This document shows, piece by piece, positions 14,653 to 28,509 of a DNA stretch of 64,000 bases (position 1 is its first letter; each line of letters opens with the position of its first letter). The DNA is taken from contig OZ024745.1 of the NCBI GenBank assembly GCA_964016885.1, positions 108,314,001 to 108,378,000 on the forward strand, written 5' to 3'. Under the pieces are notes generated by a model that searched no databases, was not told the DNA's origin, and saw nothing but the letters and a program-made list of their open reading frames with translations. The position numbers and the translations under genes were made by a program. This stretch comes from Eledone cirrhosa (taxonomy: Eukaryota).

Positions 14653-14739
<87 letters not shown>

Positions 14740-14845
14740 AACACACACATATATATATATATACACTCACACACACACATATTTATATACACAGACACAC
14801 TCACACATACACACACACATATTTTGTGTGTGTACTTATGTATGC

Positions 14846-14890
<45 letters not shown>

Positions 14891-14940
14891 TACATAAGTA
14901 CACACATATACATATGCATACATAAGTACACACCACACAG

Positions 14941-14971
<31 letters not shown>

Positions 14972-15012
14972 ACGCTAGCATGGAAGATAGACGTTAAACA
15001 ATGATGATGATG

Positions 15013-15044
<32 letters not shown>

Positions 15045-16055
15045 ATACATATATATATATATATATGCATACATAAGTACACACACAGTATATATATATA
15101 TATACACTCATACACTGTGGTATGTACACCAAACATACATACATACATATACACAAGCACACATTTCATATACACATAACAAACACACCTAGTCAACATA
15201 TGCATATATATATATATAAACACAATATAAGTGTACATAAGCACAAACAATATATATACACACACTACATACATACACCATATACATATATGAAGTAAGC
15301 ACATACCATATGTGTTCACAACCACATATCACAACATATATACACAGAAACACATGACATACCCAGCCAAGCACAGATGATATATCTACAGAGCTAACAA
15401 GAGTCTATGCATGGACACTTGAGCAACTAGAAATAGCAGCTAAATCTTTAAATCACACCCTTTAAAATCTTTAAAATGTATACATTACATAACATAATCC
15501 AGGGTACACTATGCATAAAATATGGTCCAGATGGTTACGATTGGAATGCTTTTGATCATGTCTGCAGGATCATACACCCAGCACATATAAATATATAAAT
15601 AACATATTCACAACATACATATGTATGTATGGTCCCGTAACTCCTGACAGAGTCATAGGAGCCCCGTATTGACATATGGTGTCTCTTGGGCATTTTAAGC
15701 CTGGCGGAGCCTGTCTCTCTCCAGCAGAGTTCTTCCAGAGAGAGATGGAAAGTGAAAGAAAGGAAATGAAAAAGAGATATAGAGAAAAAAATGCAACCCA
15801 GTACTAGACTGGTGCCTTTTTATTGACCTCGAAACGATGAAAGGCAAAGTTGACCCCAGCAGGATTTGAACTCAGAGAGAAGAGAACTGGAATGAATACA
15901 ATAAAGCATTCTATCCTACATTCTATTGACTCTGCCAACTCGCCACCTGTACATATACAACTACAATATATACACAGGCTAATAAAGTAGGTTCTATAGC
16001 ACCCAAATCACCCTCAAATCACGCACTATTGTATTAAAAGAAAATGCAAAAATTA

Positions 16056-16310
16056 CCAATTAAGATTTGCTAGAAAGAATCGGTGGACAGATTTTATTGG
16101 CAAAGCCAATTGGCGGGAGACCCAGGGGTAGACCCCGAGCAAGATGGTTGGATTCGCTTGGGGATCCAGCTGGATCTGGCAGGACCTGCTGGATGGAGAG
16201 TTTGAGGACTCTGCTTCCACGACCATCTCAAGATGAAAGAAAAAGAAGATGAAAGAAGAAGAAGAAGAAAAAGAAGAAGAAGAAGAAGAAGAAGAAGAAG
16301 AAGAAGAAGA
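16056..16310 (+). mobile_element. 3' end of an RTE (Expander-like) LINE with (GAA)n tail
   Basis: QILLAKPIGGRPRGRPRARWLD; homologous to 34400-34620. Confidence 0.7.
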
Positions 16311-16502
16311 AGGCATCCCAAGTGTGCCAAAGAAGAAGAAAAAGAAGAAAAAGAAAAAGAAAAAGAAAAAGAAAAAGAAAAAGAAAAAGAAAAAGAAAAA
16401 GCAGAAGAAGAAGAATAAGCAAAAGAAGAAGAAGAAGAAGAAGAAAAAGCAAAAGAAGAAGAAGAAGAAGAAGAAGAAGAAGAAGAAGAAGAAGAAGAAG
16501 AA
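16250..16502. repeat. (GAA)n/(GAAAAA)n microsatellite
   Basis: Direct observation. Confidence 0.95.
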
Positions 16503-16639
16503 GGCATCCCAAGTGCGCCAACTGGGATGCCAATAAATTTGACAAAAAAGGCATTCATTTTTTCCTTAAACCAGTTATCTGAAAAAAATATATTATGGTT
16601 ACCATGTAAACTATGATAAAAAATATAAAAGAGATAGAT

Positions 16640-17660
16640 ATTAATAATGGTTTTTGATGGGCTCTGCTGTCCTAACCTGATGCAAGGAACTTCTTGAAGT
16701 TGTTGAAATTCAGAGACTAGATTCGTGTAGAGCAGCTTTGCTATGTTATTGTGTTGAAGCTAGTGTGGGACATCCTGGTATAATGTGGTGCATTGTATTA
16801 AGAATGCTCCAGTCAGTTGACAATTGTCATCTATATAGTAGAAGTTGTGGACATTCCTTTCCAAATATATCTAGTGTTGATAGCCTATTCATGTATTGTG
16901 AATGTTACAGCTTCTGCTGTCCCATTCATGTTGGATTTGTTTGTCTAGACTAGAGATAGTATTTTTTTTTTTTACTTTTTAGCATTGAAACTGACCATAT
17001 CCAGCCAGAATTCTCTCATATCTTTCTGTTCAAACTGGCTGTAACTGGTTGCTCATACTGATGTTAAGTTATTGTTCTCAAAATAAATAATATTAAAACC
17101 TCATAGATTCGATATTATGTGAGATAATTATGTGAGGTAAAGTGTTTACCATGAAAATACAATAGTATATATAGAATAATGTAAATGCTAAAGGATTAAC
17201 TTATATATGAGGAGCATCTAGGTCAAAGAAATATTGGCCATGTAAAGACATTGACTTGTGAGCCATCGATATGTCCATTTCTGCTATTACATTAGGTAAA
17301 GGCTTTGTGTGTTTTAAGTTTAATCCAACTATTTATAAGAATTTTGTTGCTGCAAACTGTTTTACTACTTTTAAAAAGTCATATTCAACATGGAGTATGT
17401 TTTTCTGTGATTTGGAAAATTAGGAGGAAGCAACATGAAGAACTTCCTTCTTATACTATTCCTTGATACCCAACTCCTATCACCCTGTCTTATAGTCTCA
17501 TGTATAATGTTTGGGTACCAGACTTAGAGTCTACTAAGTGGTGCTTTTTTAGAAGATTACTCATATTACAGTCAATGCAATTTAGATCCATTATGCTCCA
17601 GTCCAATACCACAGAGCCATATGTTATAGCTGTCACTGTAAATGTGTTTGTTGGTGGTAC
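16640..17660 (-). mobile_element. highly degenerate R4/Dong-type LINE fragment interrupted by a MITE
   Basis: Piecewise translation gives ITYGSVVLDWS..DL..ID.. and TMHHIIPGCPTLA (zinc-knuckle region). Confidence 0.45.
16975..17195. mobile_element. piggyBac-type MITE (diverged)
   Basis: CTTTTTAGCATT … AATGCTAAAGGA|TTAA; homologous in reverse orientation to 32345-32543. Confidence 0.65.
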
Positions 17661-17910
17661 AGATATTTTTGCTTTTTTGATGAACTTAAAAAAACAAATT
17701 TGACTGTCAAAATATTCCTTCTTCCCCCTTCACATTTGGTCAGTTTTCAAACACACACACACAGATAGTTTTACTCTCAGTTATGTATTTGTAGAATGCA
17801 AACTTCTCTAGCTTCTTTATTATCTACTCTGACTGGAGTTTTAACTCCTCTGCTCCACTGGTCAGTTAGCTTAGATTTGTTGCCAGTTGCTTGTATTTTA
17901 TCAGTCCAAA

Positions 17911-18212
17911 AGGTCCTTGCTAAACAGCTTGGCAATACCAAGAAGACTCTCGAGCTAAGAACTCTTCATAGCACATTATCTTAATAAGGTCCTTGCTAAA
18001 CAGCTTGACAATACCAAGGAGACTCTCGAGCTAAGAACTCTTCATAGCACACTATCTTAATAAGGTCCTTGCTAAACAGCTTGGCAATACCAAGAAGACT
18101 CTCGAGCTAAGAACTCTTCATAGCACACTATCTTAATAAGGTCCTTGCTAAACAGCTTGACAATACCAAGGAGACTCTCGAGCTAAGAACTCTTCATAGC
18201 ACACGATCTTAA
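17911..18212. repeat. 76-bp tandem repeat, 4 copies
   Basis: AGGTCCTTGCTAAACAGCTT starts at 17911, 17987, 18063 and 18139. Confidence 0.95.
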
Positions 18213-18419
18213 GACATTCATATATAGAAGATTATGGATGAGGCTGGATCTCCTTCACATTATATAGTATCCCAAATGGGCCTATTTTATTACCAACTTA
18301 AAGGTAGCAAGCATAGGATGAAATAATGTTCAATGGTACTGGCCCTTTTGTAATATCCAAGTAGCTATGATGGTGTTGGTGATCATATGAGCTGTCAGCA
18401 CTTTGATAAGCCAGTCAGA

Positions 18420-18675
18420 TCATCATCATCATTATTACATCCATTTTTCTATGCTTGCATGGGTTGAATGGGCCCTTTTCAGCACAGCATCTCTCCACTT
18501 GTTGCGTTCCTTCGTCATCTACTCTGTGAGTCTCAGCAATTTGAGATTAGCTCTCACCACCTCTGCACAGGTTTTTCTTAGTCTACCTTTACTGTGGCTT
18601 CCTACCACCGGGAACTCTGGCACTTCTTCACCCAGTGATCAATCATCCATTTACATCACATGTCTGTACCACGTG
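18420..18675 (-). mobile_element. RTE LINE 3' end fragment (similar fragments at 19805-19995 minus and 29275-29548 plus)
   Basis: Reverse complement resembles 46700-46950, with a (CAT)n tail. Confidence 0.7.
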
Positions 18676-18881
18676 AGACTAAATTCAAAACCTTGTTGTA
18701 GTCAGTCAATCAAAGCTCATGAGTTCATTTTCATTTTGCATACTTTTACATCATTTAGTAGCAACTTGTTAACAAGAATCTCTGGTCAATTATCCTGTAA
18801 GACTTGAGCATACATCCCTTCTTGCTCTACAGAATTCATATTTATTACTACGACTATTAATAATATGATTATTATTATTAA

Positions 18882-18993
18882 CCCTTTAGCATTTAAACCG
18901 GCCATATCTGGCCAGAATTCTAGTTACAGCTGGTTTGAACAGAAAGAGGTGAGAGAATTCTGGTTGGATACAGCTGGTTTAAATGCTAAAGAG
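18882..18993. mobile_element. piggyBac-type MITE
   Basis: TTAA|CCCTTTAGCATTTAAACC … GGTTTAAATGCTAAAGAG|TTAA. Confidence 0.8.
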
Positions 18994-21218
18994 TTAATAA
19001 TAATAATCATATTAATAGTTGTAGTAATAGTTGTAGTAATAAATGTGAATTCTGCTCTATTTATATCACAGATACCTTCCCCTATTAACTTAGACTGTCT
19101 TCCATCAGTTTGTGTGTAGTCACCTATTTGTATCATACCATGCAAGAGTGGAAAAGCGGATGTAAAAACGATGATGATGATGGCGATAATGATGACGATG
19201 ATGACAGTGGTGATGATGATGATGACGATGATGATGATGTTCATACTCTACCAGTTAATTCCCTCTCATTTTGTACTCAGCTCTAATAGCAAGATTAATA
19301 TTGCATAGCAAACAGATATGTTTGATCCATTTCTCTCCAAACACCCAAAGTTCTCAGCATTTACTACCAATATTTCAATACTACATATCACTATCATAGC
19401 ATCACACTTCTTATACTGCTATTAGAAATTCCTTGATTTATATATCGGATGAAAATTCCCTAATTAGTTTTCAGCCCCCATCAAACTAATTGCCATACTA
19501 TCCTCTGGCTCTAGCATATCATTTAAGTAAACAAAACTAATCCCAACTTGTAGCTATTGGTTATCTAATCAGTTCATAATCTTCAGTCCATAACTGCTCA
19601 TGTTAGCTACTCCAGTGCATCTCTCTCCCTAATATCATGTGTATATTTTTAAATACTGTTTAACAATCAGTTTTCCCATGCTTACAAGAAGATAGATTTT
19701 ATTGTTGGATTAATTATTTTTGCAGCAAGATACTCAACCTACTGCTAACCAGAGAAATGTGAAACAGGAGTGGAACTTTTTGTTTTGTCTAGGCAGCCAA
19801 ACTGTTCATCATCATCATCATCATCAGCATTTTTTGTCCGTTATTCCACACTCACATGGGTTGGACAGGTCCTTCTCAGTACAGCATCTTGCCACTTTAC
19901 ACATTCCTTTGACATCTCCTCTGGGAGCTTTAGTAATCTAGGACCAGCTCTCACTACTTCCATCCAAGTCTTCCTTGGTCTTCCCCCATTGTACCTTTAA
20001 CTTCATGTGGTATAAAAGTTCTACTAAAAAAAAAAAATTTAAGAAAACCCCTCGAATGTCTAAGGAAAACAAGTCTATTCTCAGTCTTCAAACTTATTTT
20101 TAATTTCTTCAAAGGGCCCAGCTCTATATGTCAAAACTCACCTCCCTCCACAATACATAAACTTCTCTTATTTGATACCTTTTAAGAAATCATTTATCAA
20201 CATAAAATATCAATATTTAGTTTGATTTATAGATTAACTCCTTTATTTATTTACTTTAGATGAAATTTCAAGAAAGAAAAACAACAGGAAAGAAAAAATG
20301 TATATATAACAAAAAGTAAAATAAATTGAGAAAATTGTTCTAAATGGTTTCCAAACAATGGAAAATAGAAAAATGATGTGAAAGAGGATAGAAGAATTAT
20401 ATGTATTAAAACTAATAGGATCAGATTTTAAATAGAAAATTTGAAGTGGCGGGTTAAGTAAGAGGGTGGGAGACATGAAGGGAGAAATCTAAAGACAAGT
20501 GAGGGAAAAGGAGAGAGGGTGGAAGGATAGTGGTGAGAGGAATAAGAAAAAGGTAAAGGCTAAAAGGAAAAAGAAGGGGTAGTAGTGAGAGAGGAGTAGA
20601 GAAAGCAAGAGAGTAAGAAGAAGAGGTGAGAAGTGGAGAATGAATGGGAAGAAGGAAGTAGATGACAGAGAGAAGATTGTCAAAAGGAAGAGATGAGGGG
20701 GAAAATTGACAGGAGACTGGTAGGGTGGTGGTGGGGAGAAGAGTTATGAAACAAAGTAGTAGGCAAAACTGGAGGTGTAAGGAGGGATAAATAAATAGAT
20801 ATAGGGGTTAAGATAAAGTAGAAGTTGCAGAGACAGATAAGAGAAAAAGAGAGAGTCAGAAAGAGTTTCAAAAGGAGGGAGGGAGAGAGAACACTGTGAT
20901 CAAAAAGAAATGTTAGTTCAATTCCTATTACTCTATAAAATTCTGTATCTTAAGTAACACGATGTGACAAGATGTGTCTGGCTGTGACATTATTTTAACA
21001 AATACAGGGCAGAGAGGAGATTGTGACACAGAAATGACAAATTAGTAAATCGATTCTCATACAAAACAAAATTCAAATTAATAAGAAGCAGAGAAAAGAG
21101 GAAGGAGGAGGATGGGTGGAAGATCAAGCCTGATCAAGCAAACCTATGATGAAAGGGATTCCAACCATGACCATCATGCTGTTTTAGAGGTAAATAGGAC
21201 TACATTAACTAATGTGTC

Positions 21219-21400
21219 CTTGGCAGTATCGGTAGAGGGTCGGACGCCATGCTTTGCAGCATGGAGTTATGCCCCTTTACGGTCTGAGTTCAAATCCTGC
21301 CGAGGTTAACTTTGCATTTTATCCTTACAGGGTCGATAAAATAAAGTACCAGTAATGCACTGGGATAATTGCTGGCCTTGCTCCAAAAGTAGAAACAATT
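21219..21400 (+). mobile_element. SINE family A
   Basis: Homology to 49131-49319. Confidence 0.85.
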
Positions 21401-21824
21401 ATATAAGACTGTAGGGTGCAGTGGAGGGGATTTGACTGCTACTTTTAGCAGGTTCAGTGACCATGTAGATACTCCCTCGAGGGTAGGAGTGAGTTTGGTA
21501 GAATTGCTTATGGGAGGTGGACGGATGTGAAGGAATGAGAAACAATGACATAAAAAAAAAAGAACACCACTGATGTCTCCCTACAACAACCATAACAATA
21601 GAAGATAATTCAGGGAAGCGATAATATAACTTGAGAAAATACAACAAAGATAAGATAGTAAATGGAGGGATGTGGGATGTGAGAGAGAGAGTAGTAAATC
21701 AAGGGGAAAGATATTAGTAGAAAGAAACTTCCATCATGGCATAGGCTGGATGGATTTTTGACAGTCCAAGACCAGGCAGGTTGGAGCGACCTGCCATGCC
21801 CATATGTTCCATATTTGACATAGT

Positions 21825-22169
21825 TTCATTCATTCATTTCATTTCATTTTACGTCCACTTTTCCCTGCTTGCAAGGGTGGGACGGGAACTGATTCTGGCT
21901 TGATTTCTACAGCTGGATGCCCTTCCTAACACCAACCTCATTTACAGTGAGTGCTGGGTGCTTTTTTGCCGTGGCACCTCCACGACCACTTTGCAGTGGA
22001 ATGATATGGACCCCAGTCCCTATCATCTCATTTCTACAGCTGAGTAAACTGGAGCAATGTGAAATAAAGTGTCTTGCTCAAGGAAACAACACATCACCCG
22101 GTCTGAGAATTGAACTCACAACCTTTCGCTTGCAAGGCCAATGCTCTAACCACTAAGCCATGTGCCACC
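21825..22169 (-). mobile_element. SINE family B, full length
   Basis: Head TGGCTTAGTGGTTAGAGC..GAGTTCAATTC (A/B boxes), CORE-like CCTTGAGCAAGACACTTTATTTCAC, GGTGTTAGGAAGGGCATCC, and a tail CCCACCCTTGCAAGCAGGGAAAA identical to the RTE 3' end at 46909-46933. Confidence 0.85.
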
Positions 22170-22867
22170 ATTTATATATATATATATATACACACTGAAA
22201 CACCTATAATTCATCTCCTGTTATTACTTTATCCAAGAAATTTGGTTCAATTTTGAGTCTTTCTAGCAAATCCTGACAGTTTCCAATCGGTTCATTTTTT
22301 GCCTCACGGAGAAAGAGACGTTTATGAGGAAGAAAAATATTTTTGTTTTCCCTTTTTTTTTTTTTGTCTCTCTCTCTCTTTTTTCTGGGTTAGAAAATGA
22401 TTAAAATGAAATGTTTTACTTTGTGTGAAGTGTTAAGGTATTAGTTGATTTATTTATTATTTAACAATGGCATTTATTTATCTATTTATATATTTAATTA
22501 TTGTCTATTACCGGTTTCTGCATTTATATGCATTATCAAATGATAGTGAAATGTATTAGTGTGGTGTCGCACATGTTAAACAGAAGGTGCAGAAAGAATA
22601 ATGTTATATACAAACAAGGTTTAAGAAGTGAAAAGAAAAAAGAAAAAGGAATATATATATGAGGGAGAGATACATAACCAATACTTACAAATATATACAG
22701 AAAATTGCACTACTAGTCTCATATATTACATAAATTACAAAGAGGACTCTCAATCCAACAGAAACAACACAAAAAAACCACTGCACATACCCAAAGTGCA
22801 CAGATCAGTGTACAGTAATGCAGTGACAAAATACAGTAAAAATACAGCTAATCTAATATATAATGAT

Positions 22868-23056
22868 TGGAGGACTGCGGGACTGTGCCAGGGATAATTT
22901 CTTTTCTGAACACATTATTAAAATAAGTTGGATTACTTTGAATAAATAATGAATGAATATTATGTAATTTATCTACTAAATTTCGTGGCTCTTGATTAAA
23001 CATAAATATTCTTATATATAAGTAATGTATAGCTTATTTTAAGATTCACTTCTTTC
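22868..23056 (+). repeat. unclassified dispersed repeat (second copy 43208-43381)
   Basis: Shared GGAGGA.TGCGGGACTGTG, AAAATAAGTTGGATTACTTTGAATAA and GCTTATTTTAAGATTCACTTCTTT. Confidence 0.75.
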
Positions 23057-23394
23057 TGGTTAGCGTCCGTTATATCATAACACATATCGCCATACACTAT
23101 ATCACATCGCTTACATAAACGTTCATATATTTGCATCATAACGTTTATATTTCCGTCGCTAAATTTCTCCTTTTTCACCGTAATGCAGTTTATATATAAT
23201 ATCATCTTTTTTTAAAATGTATCATGGATTACTTTACTGATTACAGAAGAGAGTGTAACACAGCCTCTCTTCAAATTCTGTGCATTTTGTCAATTACGAT
23301 ATTATTTGACGTATCATATCAACATGCATATATATTTGCATATAATATCAATATGCACACTACAAAGGGTGGTTTTTCTGCTAGTAATGATAAT

Positions 23395-23577
23395 AATTGT
23401 TTCGAAAGTTAATTAAATCAACCCCAGAGCATTACTGGTACTTTATTTTATCGACACCCCATAAGGATGAAAGGCAAAGCTAACTTCGGTGGGATTTGAA
23501 CTCAGAACGTAAAGGGCCTTAACTCTATGTTGCAAAGCATGGTGTCCGACCTTTTACTGATACTGCCAATCCACTGC
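23395..23577 (-). mobile_element. SINE family A
   Basis: Homology to 49131-49319. Confidence 0.8.
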
Positions 23578-23853
23578 TTATAATAATAATAATAATGATA
23601 CAGTTCAATAATACATAAATGTGTCACAGAAATTCGACTTCACCTCTTAATTATTATTAGTCACACAGGTGAACTACATATTATACACGTATCTACTACA
23701 ATATTTAGTTTTGAATGGATGGATGAATGGATGAAAATGATTATTAAATTTAACCACGTTCAAGAATGGTAAGGTGTGAAAATGATGTGCAATCAATTCA
23801 TTTCCATTTGTCAATATCTAAAAGTTACACTTCTCATATAAATCCATAATTTC

Positions 23854-23894
<41 letters not shown>

Positions 23895-23924
23895 CTCTCA
23901 CACACACAATATATATATATATAT

Positions 23925-24192
23925 CATCATCATCATCATCATCACCGTTTTACGTCCGTTCTTCCACGCTAGCATGGGTTAGACGGGTTGTCCTGTTGTG
24001 GGCAGTGTCTGGTCGGCTGACCATGCCTTGCTCATACAGGAACTGATCTGGCTTGATTTCTACAGCTGGATGCCCTTCCTAACACCAACCTCATTTACAG
24101 TGAGTGCTGGGTGCTTTTTCGTGGCGCCTACACGTCCACTTTACAGTGTGGGCTGGGTGCTTTTTTGCCGTGGCACCTCCACGACCACCTTG
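23925..24192 (-). mobile_element. 3' part of the RTE/SINE-B related element
   Basis: Reverse complement of 37190-37453. Confidence 0.75.
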
Positions 24193-24216
24193 CGGTATAT
24201 ATATATAACCTTGCAA

Positions 24217-24260
<44 letters not shown>

Positions 24261-24264
<4 letters not shown>

Positions 24265-24875
24265 TTGTAAGGTTTATGATATGAAATCATGTGAGGAAAC
24301 AAATATTGTTATACTTGGGTAGGGTCATATTTGTGTAATATTGCCAGAATTAATAACAGAACACACTCACTGTTTGGTTGGTTTTCACTTTTCGCTTCTG
24401 TGTCTATTATATCGGTAATCTAATTTATTCAGTCCTCAATGTTGCCATTGACTGACCAACGGTCAAAAATACGGATACAATATAGACACAAACACATATA
24501 TATATAGTTTATCAAAGTTCTTTCGTTGCACATCTGCAACATCGTCAGTGGTGCTATTGTTTCCTCCCATTGCATTGTATTTTCTACACAGAAAGATGGC
24601 ATAGAAAATACAATGCAACGGGAGGAAACAATAGCACCACTGACGATGTTGCAGATGTGCAACGAAAGAACTTTGATAAACTATATATATGTGTTTGTGT
24701 CTATATTGTATCTGTATTTTTGACCGTTGGTCAGTCAATGGCAACATTGAGGACCGAATAAATTAGATTACCGATATAAAAGACACAGAAGCGAAAAGTG
24801 AAAACCAACCAAACAGTGAGTGTGTTCTGTTATTAATTCTGGCAATATTACACAAATATGACCCTCCCCAAGTAT

Positions 24876-24883
<8 letters not shown>
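24261..24883. mobile_element. 580-bp near-perfect palindrome with hammerhead-like motifs, in (TA)n
   Basis: Arms 24303-24586 / 24602-24883 with a 15-nt loop; each arm has CTGACGA-t-GTTGCA-gatg-TGCAAC-GAAA. Confidence 0.85.
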
Positions 24884-24937
<54 letters not shown>

Positions 24938-25585
24938 TATAATATATATATACTATATATATATATACTATAAATTTCCTCTCCATAATCAACCACACAA
25001 AAAAACAATTAAACCAGGCTATAAGATTAAAAGGCACCTATGAAGAAATAATAGATAAATAAACGACAGCCATCTATTTGTGATCAACATCAAATAGAAT
25101 ATTAACCCACCACTTTAATAGCACATGGAAATCGATTAAATATATCGTCAACCATACACAATTAGGTATAAAATTAAAGTTAGAAGAAAAAATGCATATA
25201 AACATACCAGGATTACGTTTCTACCCCTTAGGGTTTCATTCGGTTTTAGAAATATCCAATCAAGGATAAATTCTCGAGCTTCGAACTCATCAGGAAACAA
25301 ACTCACTTGGATGAAGATTTTTCTTAAATGATCCCCGCCAGAAACAAATTCAAAATGGCTAAGAACTGTGACGTGGCAGTGGTCAAGTCAGAAAGAATGT
25401 GATTGGTGCCTTACGGCGAGTGGGCTGATTGCTAGAAAGTGCAGCCTAATATTGCCTATATATATATGTGTGTGTGTGTGTATATGTATATATATATGCA
25501 TGCATGTATATATTGAGAGAGAGAATGAAATGTATATATACATTTCTCTCTTTCTCTCTCTCACAATATGTATGTATGTTCTTCT

Positions 25586-25768
25586 GATTGGCAGTAACGG
25601 TAGAGGGTCGGACACCATGATTTGACGCATAGAGTTACGGCCCTTGCCATTCTGAGTTCAAATCCCGCCGAGGTTAACTTTGCCTTTCATCCTTACGGGG
25701 TCGATAAAATAAAGTACCAGTAATGTACTGGGTAATTGCTGGCCTTGTGCCAATAGTAGAAGCAATTA
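25586..25768 (+). mobile_element. SINE family A
   Basis: Homology to 49131-49319. Confidence 0.85.
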
Positions 25769-27817
25769 TTTTATAAATTTTTAGCAATAGAGAGACTCAG
25801 TTTCTAACAGACTCAAAACTCTTTCATTGGGATTTAGACATCAACTAGGTAGATGTATGTGTGTGTGTGTGTGTGTGTGTCTGTATGTATGTGAGTAAGT
25901 GTTCAGATGTGTTTGTTCAATTAAGTGCTTGTTAATATGCATCTATTCATGTGTATATATTTATTTGTGTGGTATTTTGTTTATGCGTGTATGTGTTATT
26001 CATATATATAATTGTGTGTGTGTGCATGTGCCTGCATGCATGGGTGTATGTGTGCACTTGTGCAGAAGCAGGCATGGTTGAAGGGTTAAGAAGTTTGCTT
26101 CACAATTATGAGGTTCCAGGTTCGAGACCACAGTATGACACTCTAGGAAAGTGCTTTTTACTAAAGCCTTGTGAATGAAATTTTGTAGTCAAAAACTATG
26201 TGGATGCTCTTTGGATGGACAGTACTTGTAATTCAAAGGTTTATCCTTATTACACACTGTGTCACAGAGATTCATCCTGAGAATTAAGTCAAGGGTGTAC
26301 ATGTCTCTAGAATATTTAAATACTTACACATTAATATAACCAAAAGGGTGGCAAGGTGCAAATGATTGAAAAACTTAATGCTTATCAATGAAACTAACAG
26401 AGGATGAATCATTGAGAGTGTGTGAGAAAGAGAAAGAGAATGCATGTGAATTAGTGATTAGAGAGCTGGGCTCATGATCTGAAAGTTGTGAGTTTGATTT
26501 CTGGATTGGTTGGCACATTGTGTTCTTGAACAAGACACTATATTTCATGAAATGGACATACTAATTTACATATTATTAGCACTGATGAAAGTCCAAATAG
26601 GACTCATTAAATGTATATATCACTTTTTCAATTTACACGAAAATATGTATATTAGGCATATTTACATGTCTACATACTAAAAGAAATGTCTAAGTTTATA
26701 TACACATTTAAGCAATCTTAGTTACCTCTATTCTGTGTATACAAATATAACTTTATCATATACTCCAGCTGCTTAGCACACAGATTAACATGATGATGAT
26801 GGTGATGGTGATGATTATGATGATAATGAGGAGGAGGATATATATGAAAGGCTGATGCAGCATCGGCCTTTGCCTTTTCCCTGGACAACATCATTGCTGT
26901 GCAGAGGGGAGACTTGCATGCATGGGCGACTGCTTGTCTCTCACTAAACACCCTGCCCAGGGTCAATCAGTCATGGGTGCAAACCAGGGTTAGTCATTTT
27001 CTTATATGTATGTATACATAGATACACTCATACATATAAAAATACATTTCACCAGAAGGAATGTATATCATTTACTCTTGGGTCTCAAATAATAAAGTAC
27101 CAGTAATGCACTGGGATAATTGCTGGCCTTGTGCCAAAAGTAGAAACAATTTATGGAAACACATATTCATCTATGTAAAAACATATACACCATTAAAAAT
27201 AAAGAATAGCAAGTGAGAGGTGGGTGTATGTTGCAATAAGTAAAGAGTGGCATTGTTGAATGACTTGACTCCAATAAACCCATAGTACTTACTTACTGGA
27301 GCCGGTGAGGAATGAAAAAGGCAAAATTTTTGTCCCTGTGGCATTTGAACTAAGAACCGCGCGGCATGTAACTAAGCTAAAATAATCATAAAGTATCTAT
27401 CTAGTTCAGGTCTCCTGTGACTAAGTAATTTCCTTCAACCTCTTCACACATACACACACATATAAACACACATACATATAGACACACACATATAACACAC
27501 GCTATATATATATATATATATATATAGTCGGTCATCCCAGCTTATAAAAAGAAGTCTCCTAGGATTTCCATAGCAGACCAGATCCAAAATGGAAGCCTTT
27601 CCCACAGGTCATTAGGGCAACAGTTAAAATGATATTTAGCAAGTGACTAAACTAATTATGGCATTTGTTATATAAACATTTATTATATTGTTATCATTTG
27701 ACTCTGGTGGTGGTTTTGTTAGGAAAGGAGAGGAGAAAAGGAAACAAACAAATGAATAAATAAAAACAATACAAAACAACAATACAAAAGAAAGCAAAAT
27801 AAAAACAGAAATCAAAT

Positions 27818-27885
<68 letters not shown>

Positions 27886-28021
27886 GAGAGAGAATGAGAG
27901 AGAGAATGAGAGAAATTGTTGATATTAAATTTACACACAGTAGCTACGGGTCAAATGAGATAACAGTTTATCAGATAGTGTTACATCTGTTTCTCCAAAG
28001 TGATAACCAACTGCCACCAAA

Positions 28022-28056
<35 letters not shown>

Positions 28057-28509
28057 ACAATAACAAAAACAGCAATACTGATGATAATGGAAATGACATT
28101 AGTAATGACCAAGCATCAAGTCGGGAAATTTGATTTTCTTCCATGTCTGCAATGGAATGCTAATTAATAAAGACAATCATTATTCCAAAGGACCAAAAAA
28201 AAAATAAATAAAATAAAAATAAAAATAAAAAGACAACTAAAATTCCCAGCTTCTGTGTCAATGTATATAAATAAATGGATAGATAGATAAATAAATAATA
28301 GAATAAAAATAATCAACAAAGAAAATAAGAACTGATTGATAATGATGAGCAAATTTAGGAGTTTGGCAATATCTATCAATAAATACAGCAATCAATTGGA
28401 TATTACATACAGCTGCATGATTCAAGAAAATAAATGATATAAATGTGATACCTCCTCATATGTCATGACGGGGATAATAATAATGATGATAATAATTATA
28501 ACAATGATA

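Noticed and set aside
17911-18212. CRISPR-like regular repeat
   Set aside because: No unique spacers, eukaryotic context and no cas genes; it is a plain tandem repeat.
20400-20890. Long purine-rich tract
   Set aside because: Low-complexity sequence with no periodicity or coding evidence.
24421-24770. Mirror-image ORFs and a possible second hammerhead in the 24-kb palindrome
   Set aside because: The ORFs are a by-product of the symmetry; the second hairpin lacks recognisable CTGANGA/GAAA cores.
25205-25300. Two weak hammerhead-like motifs on the minus strand
   Set aside because: Core mismatches and no convincing stem I.
26578-26612. CTGATGA-AAGTCC-aaata-GGACT hammerhead-like start
   Set aside because: GAAA and stem III are missing; at most a remnant.
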